Assembly: GCA_964483685.1 (NCBI GenBank)
Contig: CAZACX010000001.1
Span: 41,350 to 105,349 of the forward strand
Reading direction: 5' to 3'
Source of the DNA: an uncultured Intrasporangiaceae bacterium
Lineage (GTDB): Bacteria > Actinomycetota > Actinomycetes > Actinomycetales > Dermatophilaceae
DNA: 64,000 bases
Below the pieces are notes generated by a model. That model was not told where the DNA came from. It was given only the letters and a program-made list of their open reading frames with translations, and did not search any database. Positions 18,974-29,415 of this stretch are shown here, in pieces (position 1 is the stretch's first letter; each line of letters starts with the position of its first letter). Both the position numbers and the translations under genes were made by a program.

Positions 18974-20173
18974 TCAGGACTTCGCGAGTCGGCGGGCGAG
19001 GGCCGCGCGGTCGGGCTTGCCGGGACCGCGCTCGGGCAGGGCGGCCAGGGAGACGACCTTCCGAGGCAACGCGTATGCCGCGAGCACGTCCCGCAGGCCG
19101 TCGCGCAGTTCGGCGACGGTCAGGGGGGATGTGCCAGCCGCGTACACGAGGCCAAGGGCGACGCACTGGCCCCACTCGGGGTCGGGAAGGCCCACGGCGA
19201 GGACCTCGAGGACCTGGGGGAAGGCGGCAAGGACGGCCTCTTCGACCACCCGGGGCGCGACTTTCATCCCCCCGGTGACGAGGACATCGTCGCGGCGACC
19301 CAGTACGCGGAGCCGATCGTCGACGTCTCCGTCGCTGGTTTCCCAGGCGCCGATGTCGTCGGTGACAAACCATCTCGTCCCGTCGGGGTCGGCGCCAAAC
19401 ACCTCGGCAGTGAGCTCCGGTTGGCCGAGGTAGCCGTGCGCGACGCTGGCGCCCCCCAACGAGATCCGGCCCTCGTCGAGGCGAATGCGGGTGCCCGGCA
19501 GTGGCCGTCCGTCATAGACGCACCCACCGGCGGTCTCGCTCATCCCGTAGGTCGTCACGAGCCGAACCCCGGCTGCGGCCGCGTGGTCGCGCACCCGAGG
19601 TGGCAGGGCGGCACCGCCGACGAGGACGGCAGCGCAACGGGCCAGGGCCGCGCAGCCCTGCGCGTCGCGGAGGAGGCGGGAGACCTGGGTCGGGACGAGC
19701 GACACATAGACGGGGGCGTCGCCCATGGCTGCCTGCCGGACGGCAGCGGCAAACGGACCGGGGCGAAACCCGCCGCGGCGATCGACCTCCACAACGTCGG
19801 TGCCCGCGACGATCGCGCGGGTGAGGACCTGCAGGCCCGCAATGTGGCGAGTCGGCACGGCAAGGACCCACCGGCCCGGCCCGCCAAGGAACGTCTGGGT
19901 GGCCTCGGCGCTCTGCAAGAGGGCGTCGGCCGTGAGCATCGCCCACTTGGGGGTACCGGTGGATCCCGAGGTGCTGATGACGAGCGCCAGCCCCGCGGGC
20001 AGCATGCCCGGGTCATGGTCCGAGCCCGCAGCGGAAGTCACCCACTCGGGGGAGGGGCCGGCGGCATACGGGGCAAACGGGGCCTCGCCCGCCAGGGCTC
20101 GACGCAACCGGGCGATCAGGAGCGTGAGCGACCCCCCTTCGGCGGGGACAAGCTCGATCGGGGATGACGTCAT
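18974..20173 (-). CDS. menE: o-succinylbenzoate-CoA ligase
   Basis: ATG 20173 gives MTSSPIEL. It has the AMP-binding motif STSGSTGTPK, is 399 aa, and sits among men genes. Confidence 0.85.
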   Translation of the reverse strand: MTSSPIELVPAEGGSLTLLIARLRRALAGEAPFAPYAAGPSPEWVTSAAGSDHDPGMLPAGLALVISTSGSTGTPKWAMLTADALLQSAEATQTFLGGPGRWVLAVPTRHIAGLQVLTRAIVAGTDVVEVDRRGGFRPGPFAAAVRQAAMGDAPVYVSLVPTQVSRLLRDAQGCAALARCAAVLVGGAALPPRVRDHAAAAGVRLVTTYGMSETAGGCVYDGRPLPGTRIRLDEGRISLGGASVAHGYLGQPELTAEVFGADPDGTRWFVTDDIGAWETSDGDVDDRLRVLGRRDDVLVTGGMKVAPRVVEEAVLAAFPQVLEVLAVGLPDPEWGQCVALGLVYAAGTSPLTVAELRDGLRDVLAAYALPRKVVSLAALPERGPGKPDRAALARRLAKS

Positions 20174-20934
20174 CGGATCGTGGCGACGGCGGTGACGGCC
20201 ACGGCGAGCGTCGCCGCGATCTCGAAGAGGCCAACAACCCTGGGGGACAACGAGAACGCCGGGGCGATCGCGGCCCGCACGGTGAGGATGACGAAGACGC
20301 CCGCGAGTGGCCAACTCACACCGGCGACGGCAATCGTTGCGGCGCCGTGCCAGGCGACCGACAACGTGAAGTGCGCCACACTGTCGCGCTCCCGGATCAT
20401 CGTCTTGACATAAACCACCGTCCCGCCGAAATATGCGGTGAGCACTGCTGCGAGCAGCCAGGCGCGCGTCCAATCGGTCCCGCCACCGGCGGCATACGCA
20501 ACGACCGTCATCATCCCGGAGCCGGCGGTCGTCGCCAGCCCACTGACAAGCGCGCGTTCGTGCCGCGTTGCGGACGCGACGAGGCCCACCCCCAGCGGGA
20601 GGACAAACAACGGTGCCCACCTCAGCAGGTCGGGTTGGAGCGCGAGGGTGCCAGCTCCGAGCACCGCACTGACCAGCGCGTATGTCCGCATCGGCGCGGC
20701 GTAGCGCGACTTGCGTCCGGACTTGAGCCACAGGCCAGTCGCGAAGAATGCGAAATAGCCGACGAACCAGAACAGGGTCAGCGGCAGGTGCACCACGCGC
20801 GGGCCGCTTGCGAGGATCCCGACGAGCAGGGGCGTCGCCAGCATCGCCCAGGCACCGTGTTGGTTGGGGACCCAGCCGGGGCCTCGCCGCGCCCGTGGGC
20901 GGTGCGTGGGCGCCAGGGTTGTTGTGCTCGCCAC
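20170..20934 (-). CDS. polytopic membrane protein (YwiC-like, from memory)
   Basis: 254 aa. NQHGAWAMLATPLLVG is followed by about 7 further hydrophobic segments. The stop overlaps the menE start. Confidence 0.55.
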   Translation of the reverse strand: MASTTTLAPTHRPRARRGPGWVPNQHGAWAMLATPLLVGILASGPRVVHLPLTLFWFVGYFAFFATGLWLKSGRKSRYAAPMRTYALVSAVLGAGTLALQPDLLRWAPLFVLPLGVGLVASATRHERALVSGLATTAGSGMMTVVAYAAGGGTDWTRAWLLAAVLTAYFGGTVVYVKTMIRERDSVAHFTLSVAWHGAATIAVAGVSWPLAGVFVILTVRAAIAPAFSLSPRVVGLFEIAATLAVAVTAVATIR

Positions 20935-21061
20935 CGGCTCAGGCTATGCGGCGGTGTGCCGCGCGCGGGATTCGGCACCGGGCTGCCGGAAAAGCGACGG
21001 CGCCTATGGACAAGGTCCCGGCGGTGCCGCACGATGGGTTCATCGCGGAGGGGAGGGCGAC

Positions 21062-21517
21062 GTGGAGGCGACGTTTACGGCCTACCTTGAGGAAGTTCGC
21101 GCGCACCGGGGCGACATGTTGGAGAGTGTTCGGGCCCTGGAGGAAACGCTGGCGGCGCCGATCGCCCTCGGCCGAGACTGGTTGGAGCGGGTGGCAGCCG
21201 CGCTCGCCGAGTTGGCCCACGATTTCGGTGACCATGTCGAGCTCACCGAGCGTCCCGGCGGCCTCTATGCGGTGGCCCGGGCGAGCGCGCCGCGCCTGGA
21301 CGCGGCGGGGCAGCGGCTGGTGCGCGAGCACGTCGACTTGCGCGCGCGCCTGGCCGCGGCGCTTGGGGAGATCGATTCCGCTGACGAACGCGGGCTCGAC
21401 CTCGGCGCCCTGCGCGAAGACCTCACCGGGTTGATCGGCGCGCTCGTGCGCCACCGGCAACGCGGCAGCGATCTTGTCTACGAAGCGTTCGAGGTCGATC
21501 TCGGCGGCTCCGATTGA
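21062..21517 (+). CDS. hypothetical helical protein
   Basis: GTG 21062 is preceded by GGAGGGGAGGG. It is 151 aa and Leu/Ala/Arg-rich. I recognise no family. Confidence 0.5.
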   Translation: MEATFTAYLEEVRAHRGDMLESVRALEETLAAPIALGRDWLERVAAALAELAHDFGDHVELTERPGGLYAVARASAPRLDAAGQRLVREHVDLRARLAAALGEIDSADERGLDLGALREDLTGLIGALVRHRQRGSDLVYEAFEVDLGGSD

Positions 21518-21596
21518 CCATCGCGCACGGGGCGGCCCGGTCCGTCTCGTGCGCTTGGTGGGCCGCGCGGGCGGCCAGCTTTGCGAGAATCGGGGC

Positions 21597-22595
21597 GTGG
21601 ACCTTCCCGAGCTGACAGACCTGCGCGAGCGGATGGTCGTTGTCACGTTGCCGCTGCGGGTGCCGTTCCGGGGGGTCACGACCCGCGAAATTGCCCTCCT
21701 GCACGGACCGCGCGGCTGGGGCGAGTTCTCCCCCTTCCTCGAGTACCCGCCCGCAGAGGCCGCGGCGTGGTTGCGCAGCGCAATCGAGAGCGCGTATGCC
21801 GGTTGGCCGGCTCCGCGCCGCACGCACATTCCGGTTAACGCGACCGTCCCCGCGGTGGCCGCGCGAAGTGTCGCCGACGTGCTCGCCCGGTTCGAAGGGT
21901 GCACGACGGCCAAGGTCAAGGTGGCCGAACCCGGACAGACGCTCGCGGACGACCTCGCGCGCGTCGGCGCCGTGCGCGAGGTGCTCGGGGAGTCGGGGCG
22001 GATCCGGATTGACGCCAACGGCGGCTGGTCGGTCGCCGAGGCCGTCCGCGGGCTCAGCGCGCTCGCGCCGCTCGGACTCGAATACGCCGAGCAACCCTGC
22101 GCCTCGGTCGAGGACCTCATCGCCTTGCGAACGAGCCTGTCCCGCAACGGGGTTGACGTGCTCATCGCCGCGGACGAGTCGATTCGCAAGGCGTCAGATC
22201 CGCTGCGCGTCGCCCGCCTCGGCGCCTGTGATCTGTTCGTCGTCAAGGTCGCGCCCCTCGGTGGGGTGCGTCGAGTCCTCGACCTCGTCGAGGCGGCCGG
22301 GCTCCCCGCGGTGGTGTCCTCGGCGCTGGAGTCCAGCGTGGGCATCAGGGCGGGGGTTGCGTTGGCCGCAGCCCTGCCGGATCTGCCCTACGCCTGCGGG
22401 CTGGGCACCGTCGCCCTCCTTGCCGCTGATGTGGCCACACCCTCGATGGTGCCCGTCGGCGGCGCCCTGCCGGTCACGACGGTGACGGTGGATGACGGAC
22501 TGCGAGAGCGGCATACGGCATCTCCCGATCGACAGCGCTGGTGGCGGCAGCGGCTCGACGACAGTTATGCCGCGCTCACAGGTGCGGGTTCCTGA
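21597..22595 (+). CDS. menC: o-succinylbenzoate synthase
   Basis: GTG 21597 gives LRERMVVVTLPLRVPFRGVTTREIALLHGPRGWGEFSPFLEY, typical of actinobacterial MenC. Enolase-superfamily features include KVKV and IDANGGW. Confidence 0.85.
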   Translation: MDLPELTDLRERMVVVTLPLRVPFRGVTTREIALLHGPRGWGEFSPFLEYPPAEAAAWLRSAIESAYAGWPAPRRTHIPVNATVPAVAARSVADVLARFEGCTTAKVKVAEPGQTLADDLARVGAVREVLGESGRIRIDANGGWSVAEAVRGLSALAPLGLEYAEQPCASVEDLIALRTSLSRNGVDVLIAADESIRKASDPLRVARLGACDLFVVKVAPLGGVRRVLDLVEAAGLPAVVSSALESSVGIRAGVALAAALPDLPYACGLGTVALLAADVATPSMVPVGGALPVTTVTVDDGLRERHTASPDRQRWWRQRLDDSYAALTGAGS

Positions 22596-23332
22596 TGGCG
22601 GTTCGCTGGATGTGGGCGTTCATCGACACCCCCGTGGGGCATGCCGAGACGACGTGGGAGTTTTGGCGTCAGGTGGCCCGTGCGCAGCTATCGGCGCGGC
22701 GGGGCGACCACGATCAGTTCGCCACTCTGCTCCCCGCCAAGGGCGACGCGTGGCTGAAGGTGCAGGCGGTGGATGAGGGGGGCGGCGTCCATCTCGATCT
22801 CGACTGCGACGACCCGGCCGGGTCCGCAATCCGGGCAATAGCGTTGGGGGCCAGGGAGATTCACCGCTTCCCCGGGGACAGTGTCGTTGTCATGCGCTCG
22901 CCGGGCGGCTTCGTCTTTTGCCTCACCACGTGGGCCTTCGCCGGGCACAGTGCGCGCCAGCTGCGCGCGGGTGAGCCGGACCTCATCGACCAGGTGTGTC
23001 TCGACATCCCGCCCGGTCTCGTCGACCGCGAAATCGCGTTTTGGGCCGCATTGCTCGATCTGCCGTATGTCGCGAGCGACCTGCCCGAATTCGGCTCCCT
23101 GCAACGGCCCGAACGGCTGCCACTTCGGCTGCTCTTTCAGCGGCTTGCGCAGGGGGAGGGCCCGGTGCGTGGCCACCTTGACCTCGCCTGCGTCGATCGG
23201 GCGGCGAGCACACGGCGCCACCTTGACCTCGGGGCCGAACTCGTTGCGCAGCACGCCTTCTGGACGGTGCTGCGTGACCCGGCCGGCGCCACCTATTGCC
23301 TCACCGACCGGTTGCCCAGCCCACGCGGCTGA
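22595..23332 (+). CDS. VOC (glyoxalase-like) family protein
   Basis: 245 aa. It shows a two-half architecture with HLDLDCDD and HLDLACVD and FVFCLT/TYCLTD ends. The ATG overlaps the menC stop (TGATG). Confidence 0.6.
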   Translation: MAVRWMWAFIDTPVGHAETTWEFWRQVARAQLSARRGDHDQFATLLPAKGDAWLKVQAVDEGGGVHLDLDCDDPAGSAIRAIALGAREIHRFPGDSVVVMRSPGGFVFCLTTWAFAGHSARQLRAGEPDLIDQVCLDIPPGLVDREIAFWAALLDLPYVASDLPEFGSLQRPERLPLRLLFQRLAQGEGPVRGHLDLACVDRAASTRRHLDLGAELVAQHAFWTVLRDPAGATYCLTDRLPSPRG

Positions 23333-23364
23333 GGCGGGGAAAGCGCACGCGACCATCGGCTGGC

Positions 23365-25176
23365 ATGATCGAACGCGTGTCTGCCGCCCTCGACGTTGCC
23401 TCGGCGATCCTCGCGGAGGCGGTCGCCGGTGGCGTGACCGACGTGGTGTTATGTCCCGGGTCGCGCTCGGCTCCCTTTGCGTATGCCGCCCTCGCCGCGC
23501 AGCTCGGCGGGACGTTGCGGCTCCACGTGCGGGTCGACGAACGGTCGGCCGGGTTCCTCGCTCTCGGGCTGGCGAAGGTCAGCCGTCGCCCCGCCCTCGT
23601 GATCACGACCTCGGGGACGGCGGTCGCCAATCTCCACCCGGCAGTCCTTGAGGCCCATCACGGGCACGTCCCCCTGATCGTCATCTCCGCGGACCGGCCG
23701 GCCCATTTGCGCGGCACGGGCGCTAACCAAACGACGCTGCAGCCGGGGATGTTTGGGACCGCGCTGCGCCATGAGATCGACCTGATGGCCGAGGAAACCA
23801 CCGAATGCGCCGCTGCAGCGATCTCGGCGGCGATCTCGGCGGCGACGGCGCACGACCCGGGACCCGTGCACCTCAATGTCTGTCTCGGTGAGCCGCTCGT
23901 GCCTTTGAGCTGGCCTCTTCCCGGCGCGCCGGGGTCGGCCGCTCGAGCCGGGGCGAGACATTCCGAGCCGCCGGGCGGGTCAGCACCCGAGCCGCCGAGC
24001 ATTGGTGTGCCCCAATCGATTCCGGACATCGAAAGGACCCTGGTCGTCCTGGGTGACCTTGTTGATGGTCACGACCGGCCATCGGTGAGTGCCTGGGCAA
24101 GGCTGCGTGACTATCCGCTCATCGCCGAGCCGTTTGGGTTGCGGCACAGCGATATTGCGCTGCCTCATGGCCCACTCCTCCTGACTGTCACATCCTGGCT
24201 GGATGCGCACGCGCCAGAGCGGGTCCTCGTCGTTGGCCGCGTGACTTTGTCGCGCCCGGTGACCGCGTTGCTGCGTCGCGCGGGCGTCCAGGTCGCCGCC
24301 ATCACTGACCTGAGCTGGACCCCTGACCCGGTCGGCGTCGTGGGTTCGACCTTCCCCCTTGCGGCCGTTCTTGCCGAGGTCGCCGCGACGAACCGGCACG
24401 CAGGGCCAGCCGAGGGAACTTGGTCGGCGCAATGGCGCGACGCCGGTCGGCGGGTCGCGAGGGCCGTTGCCGGGCTGGCTGGGAATTCGGGGGACGGGCG
24501 GGGGGGCATCGAGGGAGAAGTCGAGGACGCGGAGGTCCTCGTAGGCGCCTGGGGAACTGGGCTCGCTGTGGCCGCGACGGTGGCGAATGCGCTCCCCGAG
24601 GGTGCGACTCTGATCGTCGGCCCGTCAAACTCGGTCCGGGACCTCGACCTTGGCGCCGCCGGGTTCGCCGACGGGGTGCAGGTCGTCGCTAACCGTGGCC
24701 TCGCCGGGATCGACGGCGTGCTGTCCACGGCGATCGGGATCGCTCTCTCCATGAGTGACGAGACCGGTGCGGGAGGGAGAGTGGCCAGCTTCGCGCTCGT
24801 CGGCGACCTGACCTTCCTCCACGACACGAACGCCCTCCTCATTGGCCCGCATGAGGAGCGTCCTGATCTGACCATCGTCGTGATCAATGACGACGGGGGC
24901 GGCATCTTCACCTTGTTGGAACCCGGTGCCCCGCAACGCCAGCCGGCGTTCGAGCGTGTCTTTGGCACCCCCACGGGAACGGATATCGGGGCGCTGTGCC
25001 GGGCGCACGGCATACCTCATCGCCGGATCGCGAGTGCCGCGCAATTGCGGGCCGAGCTCGGCGCCGCGCCGCGTGGCATTCGCGTCCTTGAGGTCCCTCT
25101 CGAGCGGACCGGGCACCGGGCCGCACATGTTCGGCTGCGCGAGGTGGCCGCCGCGTCCCTGGCTACCGCACCCTGA
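23365..25176 (+). CDS. menD: 2-succinyl-5-enolpyruvyl-6-hydroxy-3-cyclohexene-1-carboxylate (SEPHCHC) synthase
   Basis: ATG 23365 gives VVLCPGSRSAPFAYA. It has the ThDP-binding motif GDLTFLHDTN. Confidence 0.9.
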   Translation: MIERVSAALDVASAILAEAVAGGVTDVVLCPGSRSAPFAYAALAAQLGGTLRLHVRVDERSAGFLALGLAKVSRRPALVITTSGTAVANLHPAVLEAHHGHVPLIVISADRPAHLRGTGANQTTLQPGMFGTALRHEIDLMAEETTECAAAAISAAISAATAHDPGPVHLNVCLGEPLVPLSWPLPGAPGSAARAGARHSEPPGGSAPEPPSIGVPQSIPDIERTLVVLGDLVDGHDRPSVSAWARLRDYPLIAEPFGLRHSDIALPHGPLLLTVTSWLDAHAPERVLVVGRVTLSRPVTALLRRAGVQVAAITDLSWTPDPVGVVGSTFPLAAVLAEVAATNRHAGPAEGTWSAQWRDAGRRVARAVAGLAGNSGDGRGGIEGEVEDAEVLVGAWGTGLAVAATVANALPEGATLIVGPSNSVRDLDLGAAGFADGVQVVANRGLAGIDGVLSTAIGIALSMSDETGAGGRVASFALVGDLTFLHDTNALLIGPHEERPDLTIVVINDDGGGIFTLLEPGAPQRQPAFERVFGTPTGTDIGALCRAHGIPHRRIASAAQLRAELGAAPRGIRVLEVPLERTGHRAAHVRLREVAAASLATAP

Positions 25177-25252
25177 CCGGGTGGTTGCTACCGCAGGCTG
25201 GCCACGAGGTGGCCGCGGTGTCCCTGGCTACCGCACCCTGACCGGGTAGTCG

Positions 25253-25957
25253 CTACCGCACCCTCACCGCGTGGTGGAGGGCGACGATGCCGCCGGACAG
25301 GTTGCGCCAGCGCACCGCTTCCCACCCGGCGTCGGCGATCTGCTGCGCCATCTCCCGCTGGGCGGGCCAGGCCCGGATCGACTCGGCGAGATAGACATAC
25401 GACTCGGGATTCGAGCTGACGGCGCGGGCGACCGGCGGCAGTGAACGCATCAGGTACTCGGTGTAGACGCGGCGGAACAGCGGGTTCGTCGGGGCGCTGA
25501 ACTCGCACAAGACGAACCGGCCACCGGGGCGGGTCACCCGGGCGAACTCGCGCAGCGCCGCGCCCGGGTCCGCCACATTGCGCAGGCCGAACGACATCGT
25601 CACCGCATCAAAGGAGGCATCCGAGAACGGCAAGTGCATCGCGTCGGCTGCGGTGAAGGCGAGGTCGGGCCGGCGCGCTCGCCCAACCGTCAGCATGCCG
25701 AGCGAGAAGTCGGCAGGGACGACATTGACCGCGGAGTCGGCGAACGGCTCGGAGCTCGTGCCTGTCCCGGCGGCGATATCCAACACATTCTCCCCGGGTG
25801 CGGCGGCGACGGCAGCGACGACGGCGCGGCGCCACCTGCGGTCCTGCCCCAGGGAGAGAACGTCATTCGTGAGGTCGTACTTTGCCGCCACGTCGTCAAA
25901 CATCGCGGCGACCTGTTGCGGGTCCTTCTCCAACGTGGCGCGACTCATGGCGACCAT
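25253..25957 (-). CDS. menG: demethylmenaquinone methyltransferase
   Basis: [25 protein letters not shown] and the SAM motif VLDIAAGTG are present. The start could instead be 25948. Confidence 0.9.
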   Translation of the reverse strand: MVAMSRATLEKDPQQVAAMFDDVAAKYDLTNDVLSLGQDRRWRRAVVAAVAAAPGENVLDIAAGTGTSSEPFADSAVNVVPADFSLGMLTVGRARRPDLAFTAADAMHLPFSDASFDAVTMSFGLRNVADPGAALREFARVTRPGGRFVLCEFSAPTNPLFRRVYTEYLMRSLPPVARAVSSNPESYVYLAESIRAWPAQREMAQQIADAGWEAVRWRNLSGGIVALHHAVRVR

Positions 25958-25985
25958 TCTCCCCTGCCGTCGTAGGCTTCCCGCG

Positions 25986-27293
25986 ATGACCACGACGCCC
26001 AACCCCGTGACCGGCGTGCTCGTGGCCCGCACGGAGCCGCTGCCTGCGGCCGAGGTGGCGAATCTTCTGCAACTCCTCCCGGATATCGACGCCCGGTCGC
26101 TGACGGCGTGGGTTCGTCGCGGCGAAGGCGTCGTCGGCTGGGGTCGGGCCCTGGAGTTCACCGCGCGGGGGGCCAACCGCTTCGAGGACGCCTCCCGGTG
26201 GTGGCGCTCCTGGTGCGACAAGGCCATCGTCCGCGACGCCGTTGGGTTGCCGGGCACGGGCCCGCTCGCCTTCGGGTCAATGACGTATGCCGGCGCCTCC
26301 GCCGCGGAGTCGGTCCTGATCGTCCCCGAGGTACTCATCGGACGGCGCGGGGATCGGGCGTGGATCACGACGGTGACGACCGACGGGTCGCTGCCGGTAG
26401 GGGCATCGGTCAGTGCGCCGGTCGGCTTGAGCCAACCCCCGCAGGCGCCGCAGAACGTGACCTTTGCCGATGGTCCCAAGTCGCCGACGGTGTGGGCGAA
26501 CGCTGTCGCGGAGGCCGTGGAACGGATCGGGACGAGCCGCCTCGACAAGGTGGTTTTGGCCCGCTCGCTGGGCGCGGTGGCCTCGCAACGACTCGACCCG
26601 CGCTGGATTTTGCAGCGGCTCGCCGAGCAGTACGACAACACCTGGGTCTTTGCTGTCGACGGCCTCGTCGGAGCCACGCCCGAAATGCTCGTGCGTCTCG
26701 ACCGTGGTCTGGTCACGTCGCGGGTGCTCGCTGGCACGATCCGGCGCACCGGCGACGACGCCCGAGATCTGGGGTTGGCGGCGTCGCTGGCCCGGTCGTC
26801 GAAGGACCTTGAGGAGCATGAGTACGCGGTGCGCTCCGTCGCCGACGCCCTGGAACCGCATTGCTCGTCGACCAACGTGCCCGAGTCGCCATTCGTGCTG
26901 CACCTAACCAATGTGATGCATCTCGCGACCGACGTCGCCGGGGTCGTTGGCGACGACAGCACCTCACTGGGCCTCGCCGCCTCGCTGCATCCGTCCGCGG
27001 CGGTCTGCGGCACCCCGACGGACCTGGCGGACACGGTCATCACCGAGCTTGAGGGCCTCGACCGACGCCGGTATGCCGCCCCCGTCGGGTGGATGGATGC
27101 CTCCGGCGACGGCGAGTGGGGCATTGCGCTGCGTTGCGGGGAACTGGATGAGTCCGATCCGCGCGCGCTCACCCTGTATGCCGGGTGCGGCATCGTTGCG
27201 GGGTCCGACCCGGAGGCGGAGGTCGCCGAGTCCGATGCGAAGTTCTTGCCGATGCGTGACGCGCTGACGGCGACCCGCGTCCGGCCTGCCTGA
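25986..27293 (+). CDS. menF: isochorismate synthase
   Basis: 435 aa. The chorismate-binding C-terminus is [14 protein letters not shown]...RRYAAPVGW...[15 protein letters not shown]. Confidence 0.85.
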   Translation: MTTTPNPVTGVLVARTEPLPAAEVANLLQLLPDIDARSLTAWVRRGEGVVGWGRALEFTARGANRFEDASRWWRSWCDKAIVRDAVGLPGTGPLAFGSMTYAGASAAESVLIVPEVLIGRRGDRAWITTVTTDGSLPVGASVSAPVGLSQPPQAPQNVTFADGPKSPTVWANAVAEAVERIGTSRLDKVVLARSLGAVASQRLDPRWILQRLAEQYDNTWVFAVDGLVGATPEMLVRLDRGLVTSRVLAGTIRRTGDDARDLGLAASLARSSKDLEEHEYAVRSVADALEPHCSSTNVPESPFVLHLTNVMHLATDVAGVVGDDSTSLGLAASLHPSAAVCGTPTDLADTVITELEGLDRRRYAAPVGWMDASGDGEWGIALRCGELDESDPRALTLYAGCGIVAGSDPEAEVAESDAKFLPMRDALTATRVRPA

Positions 27294-27400
27294 CCGGAGC
27301 CAGTCCGCACGGGAGGCCGTCCTGACCGGAGCCCGTCCCGAACCGCGTCCGGCCTGCCTGACCGGAGCCCGTCCCGACGGGAGCCTGCCTGATCGGACGA
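27275..27400. repeat. repeated CCTGACCGGAGCCNGTCC motif block spanning the menF stop
   Basis: CCGCGTCCGGCCTGCCTGACCGGAGCC occurs at 27275-27301 and 27343-27369 (68-bp period). The shorter core occurs 3 times, plus one degenerate copy. Confidence 0.6.
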
Positions 27401-27424
27401 GCCCGTCACAGGCGGGCTCGTCCG
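27394..27424. terminator. bidirectional hairpin between convergent menF and the secreted-protein gene
   Basis: CGGACGAGCCCG-tcacagg-CGGGCTCGTCCG forms a perfect 12-bp stem. Confidence 0.6.
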
Positions 27425-27447
27425 AGCAGAACGTGGACGGAGAACGC

Positions 27448-27897
27448 TCAGGCGCAGATGACGTCGGCGTTGAACGGCAGATCGGCCGCTGCGCCGGTCC
27501 CAGTGAAGGTCGTGACGAACAGCCCATTGTTGGTGCCCACGCGGCCCGTGATCGTGATCATCGCCGGTCCGGTGGAGCCCGAGAACGTGCCGAACCCGAC
27601 GGTGCCGACCCAGCTGCACGTGGTGATCGACCGGCCGAAGCGCACGTCATAGATGCCGGTGCCGAGCTTCGTCACCGAGGTGAGGCCCTTGCCGCGCAGG
27701 ACCGAACCGTTGGCGTTGACGACGGCAAAGACGCGCGGCGGCGGGGTCATGGCGGAGGCGCCCTCGGAGATGTGCGAGGGCTTGCTGTTGTTCGTGTTGG
27801 GGGCGCCGCCGGCGGCTGACGCGCCCGCGAAGTAGCCACCCGCGAGCGCTGACGCGGTGACGAGGCTCAAGGCAAACGATGCGGACTTCTTGTTCAT
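27448..27897 (-). CDS. small secreted hypothetical protein
   Basis: ATG 27897 has AAGGAGTCC upstream. The signal-peptide-like N-terminus is [28 protein letters not shown]. It is 149 aa, Gly/Thr-rich, with 2 Cys. Confidence 0.65.
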   Translation of the reverse strand: MNKKSASFALSLVTASALAGGYFAGASAAGGAPNTNNSKPSHISEGASAMTPPPRVFAVVNANGSVLRGKGLTSVTKLGTGIYDVRFGRSITTCSWVGTVGFGTFSGSTGPAMITITGRVGTNNGLFVTTFTGTGAAADLPFNADVICA

Positions 27898-28113
27898 TTG
27901 GGACTCCTTGGTCGGTTCTTTCCTGGTGGGGGGCCATCCGCGGTGGTTTGTTCGTCGTCGGCGCCTCCCGTGTGAGCAGGAGCACGTGAAGATCGGTCCT
28001 GATACGCGAAACAGGGGACCGCTAAGGTTCGCCTCACTTTGGCGGGACCGGCCATCGCTGCCTAGACTCGGCGGGTTCGTGAAACCGTTCACAAGCCCAC
28101 GAGGGAAGTTGCC

Positions 28114-29415
28114 TTGACTGCTTCGGCACCGCCCACTGACTCTGCCGACGTCATCGTCGTTGGGGCGGGTCCCGCGGGGTCCGCGACGGCGGCCTATCTC
28201 GCGATGGCGGGCCTCGACGTCCTCCTGCTCGAAAAGACCCGATTCCCCCGGGAAAAGGTCTGTGGCGATGGGTTGACGCCCCGGGCCGTGCGGGAGTTGA
28301 TCACCCTCGGCATCCCGACCCCGGAAAGCGAGGGGTGGATCCGCAATCACGGCCTGCGCATCATCGGCGGAGGCTTGCGGCTAGAACTGCCATGGCCCGA
28401 TTTGGCGAGCTTCCCGCCATACGGCTTGGTCCGCACGCGACATGACTTTGACGACATCCTTGCCAAGCACGCAGTCAAGCACGGCGCCCGCCTGCGCGAG
28501 GGGGTCAACGTCGGCGCCCCCATCCGCGACGAACGCGGCGCGATCATCGGGGTTGAGGCCCGCGATTCCGACGAAAACGGTCGCGCAACCGGTGCCACCA
28601 TGACCTTCCGTGCGCCGCTTGTCGTCGCCGCGGACGGCAACTCCTCCCGCCTGTCGCTGGCGATGGGTCGGGAGAAGCGCGAGGACCGCCCGATGGGTGT
28701 TGCCGTGCGGACGTACTACACCAGCCCGCGCCATGACGACGACTACCTCGAGTCGTGGCTGGAGCTGTGGAGCACAGACGACCAGGGCAAGAAGGTCCTC
28801 CTGCCGGGGTACGGCTGGATCTTTGGGGTTGGCGACGGAACCTCCAATGTGGGACTCGGGATCCTCAACACCTCGAGCGCGTTCGGCAAGACCGACTACA
28901 AGGACGTGATGCGCCGCTGGGTGGCGACAATGCCCGCCGAGTGGACGTACAACGACGAGACGATGACGGGGCCGATCCGTGGCGCCGCCCTCCCGATGGG
29001 CTTCAACCGGCAACCGCACTACCGCGACGGGCTGCTGCTTGTTGGCGACGCCGGGGGCATGGTCAACCCGTTCAACGGTGAGGGCATCGCCTATGCGATG
29101 GAGTCGGGTCGGCTCGCCGCCGAGGTGATCGCCCAGGCGTTCGCGCGCGGCGACGACGCGGGCCGGGAGCGGGTCCTCGCGACGTACCCGCAAATCATGA
29201 AGGACGACCTCGGCGGCTACTTCACCCTCGGGCGTTGGTTCGCCGCGGCGATCGGGCATCCCGAGGTGATGCGACTCGCGACGAAATACGGCCTGCCGCG
29301 CACCACGATGATGAAGTTCCTCCTCAAGATCATGGCGAATCTCGCCGAACCGCGCGGCGGAGACGTGTCCGATCGGCTCATCGTCGCCCTCTCAAAGATG
29401 GCGCCGGACGCGTGA
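28114..29415 (+). CDS. geranylgeranyl reductase family flavoprotein (MenJ-like menaquinone side-chain reductase)
   Basis: 433 aa with a TTG start and the FAD fold motif DVIVVGAGPAGSATA. The position next to men genes matches the mycobacterial menJ arrangement, as recalled. Confidence 0.8.
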   Translation: MTASAPPTDSADVIVVGAGPAGSATAAYLAMAGLDVLLLEKTRFPREKVCGDGLTPRAVRELITLGIPTPESEGWIRNHGLRIIGGGLRLELPWPDLASFPPYGLVRTRHDFDDILAKHAVKHGARLREGVNVGAPIRDERGAIIGVEARDSDENGRATGATMTFRAPLVVAADGNSSRLSLAMGREKREDRPMGVAVRTYYTSPRHDDDYLESWLELWSTDDQGKKVLLPGYGWIFGVGDGTSNVGLGILNTSSAFGKTDYKDVMRRWVATMPAEWTYNDETMTGPIRGAALPMGFNRQPHYRDGLLLVGDAGGMVNPFNGEGIAYAMESGRLAAEVIAQAFARGDDAGRERVLATYPQIMKDDLGGYFTLGRWFAAAIGHPEVMRLATKYGLPRTTMMKFLLKIMANLAEPRGGDVSDRLIVALSKMAPDA

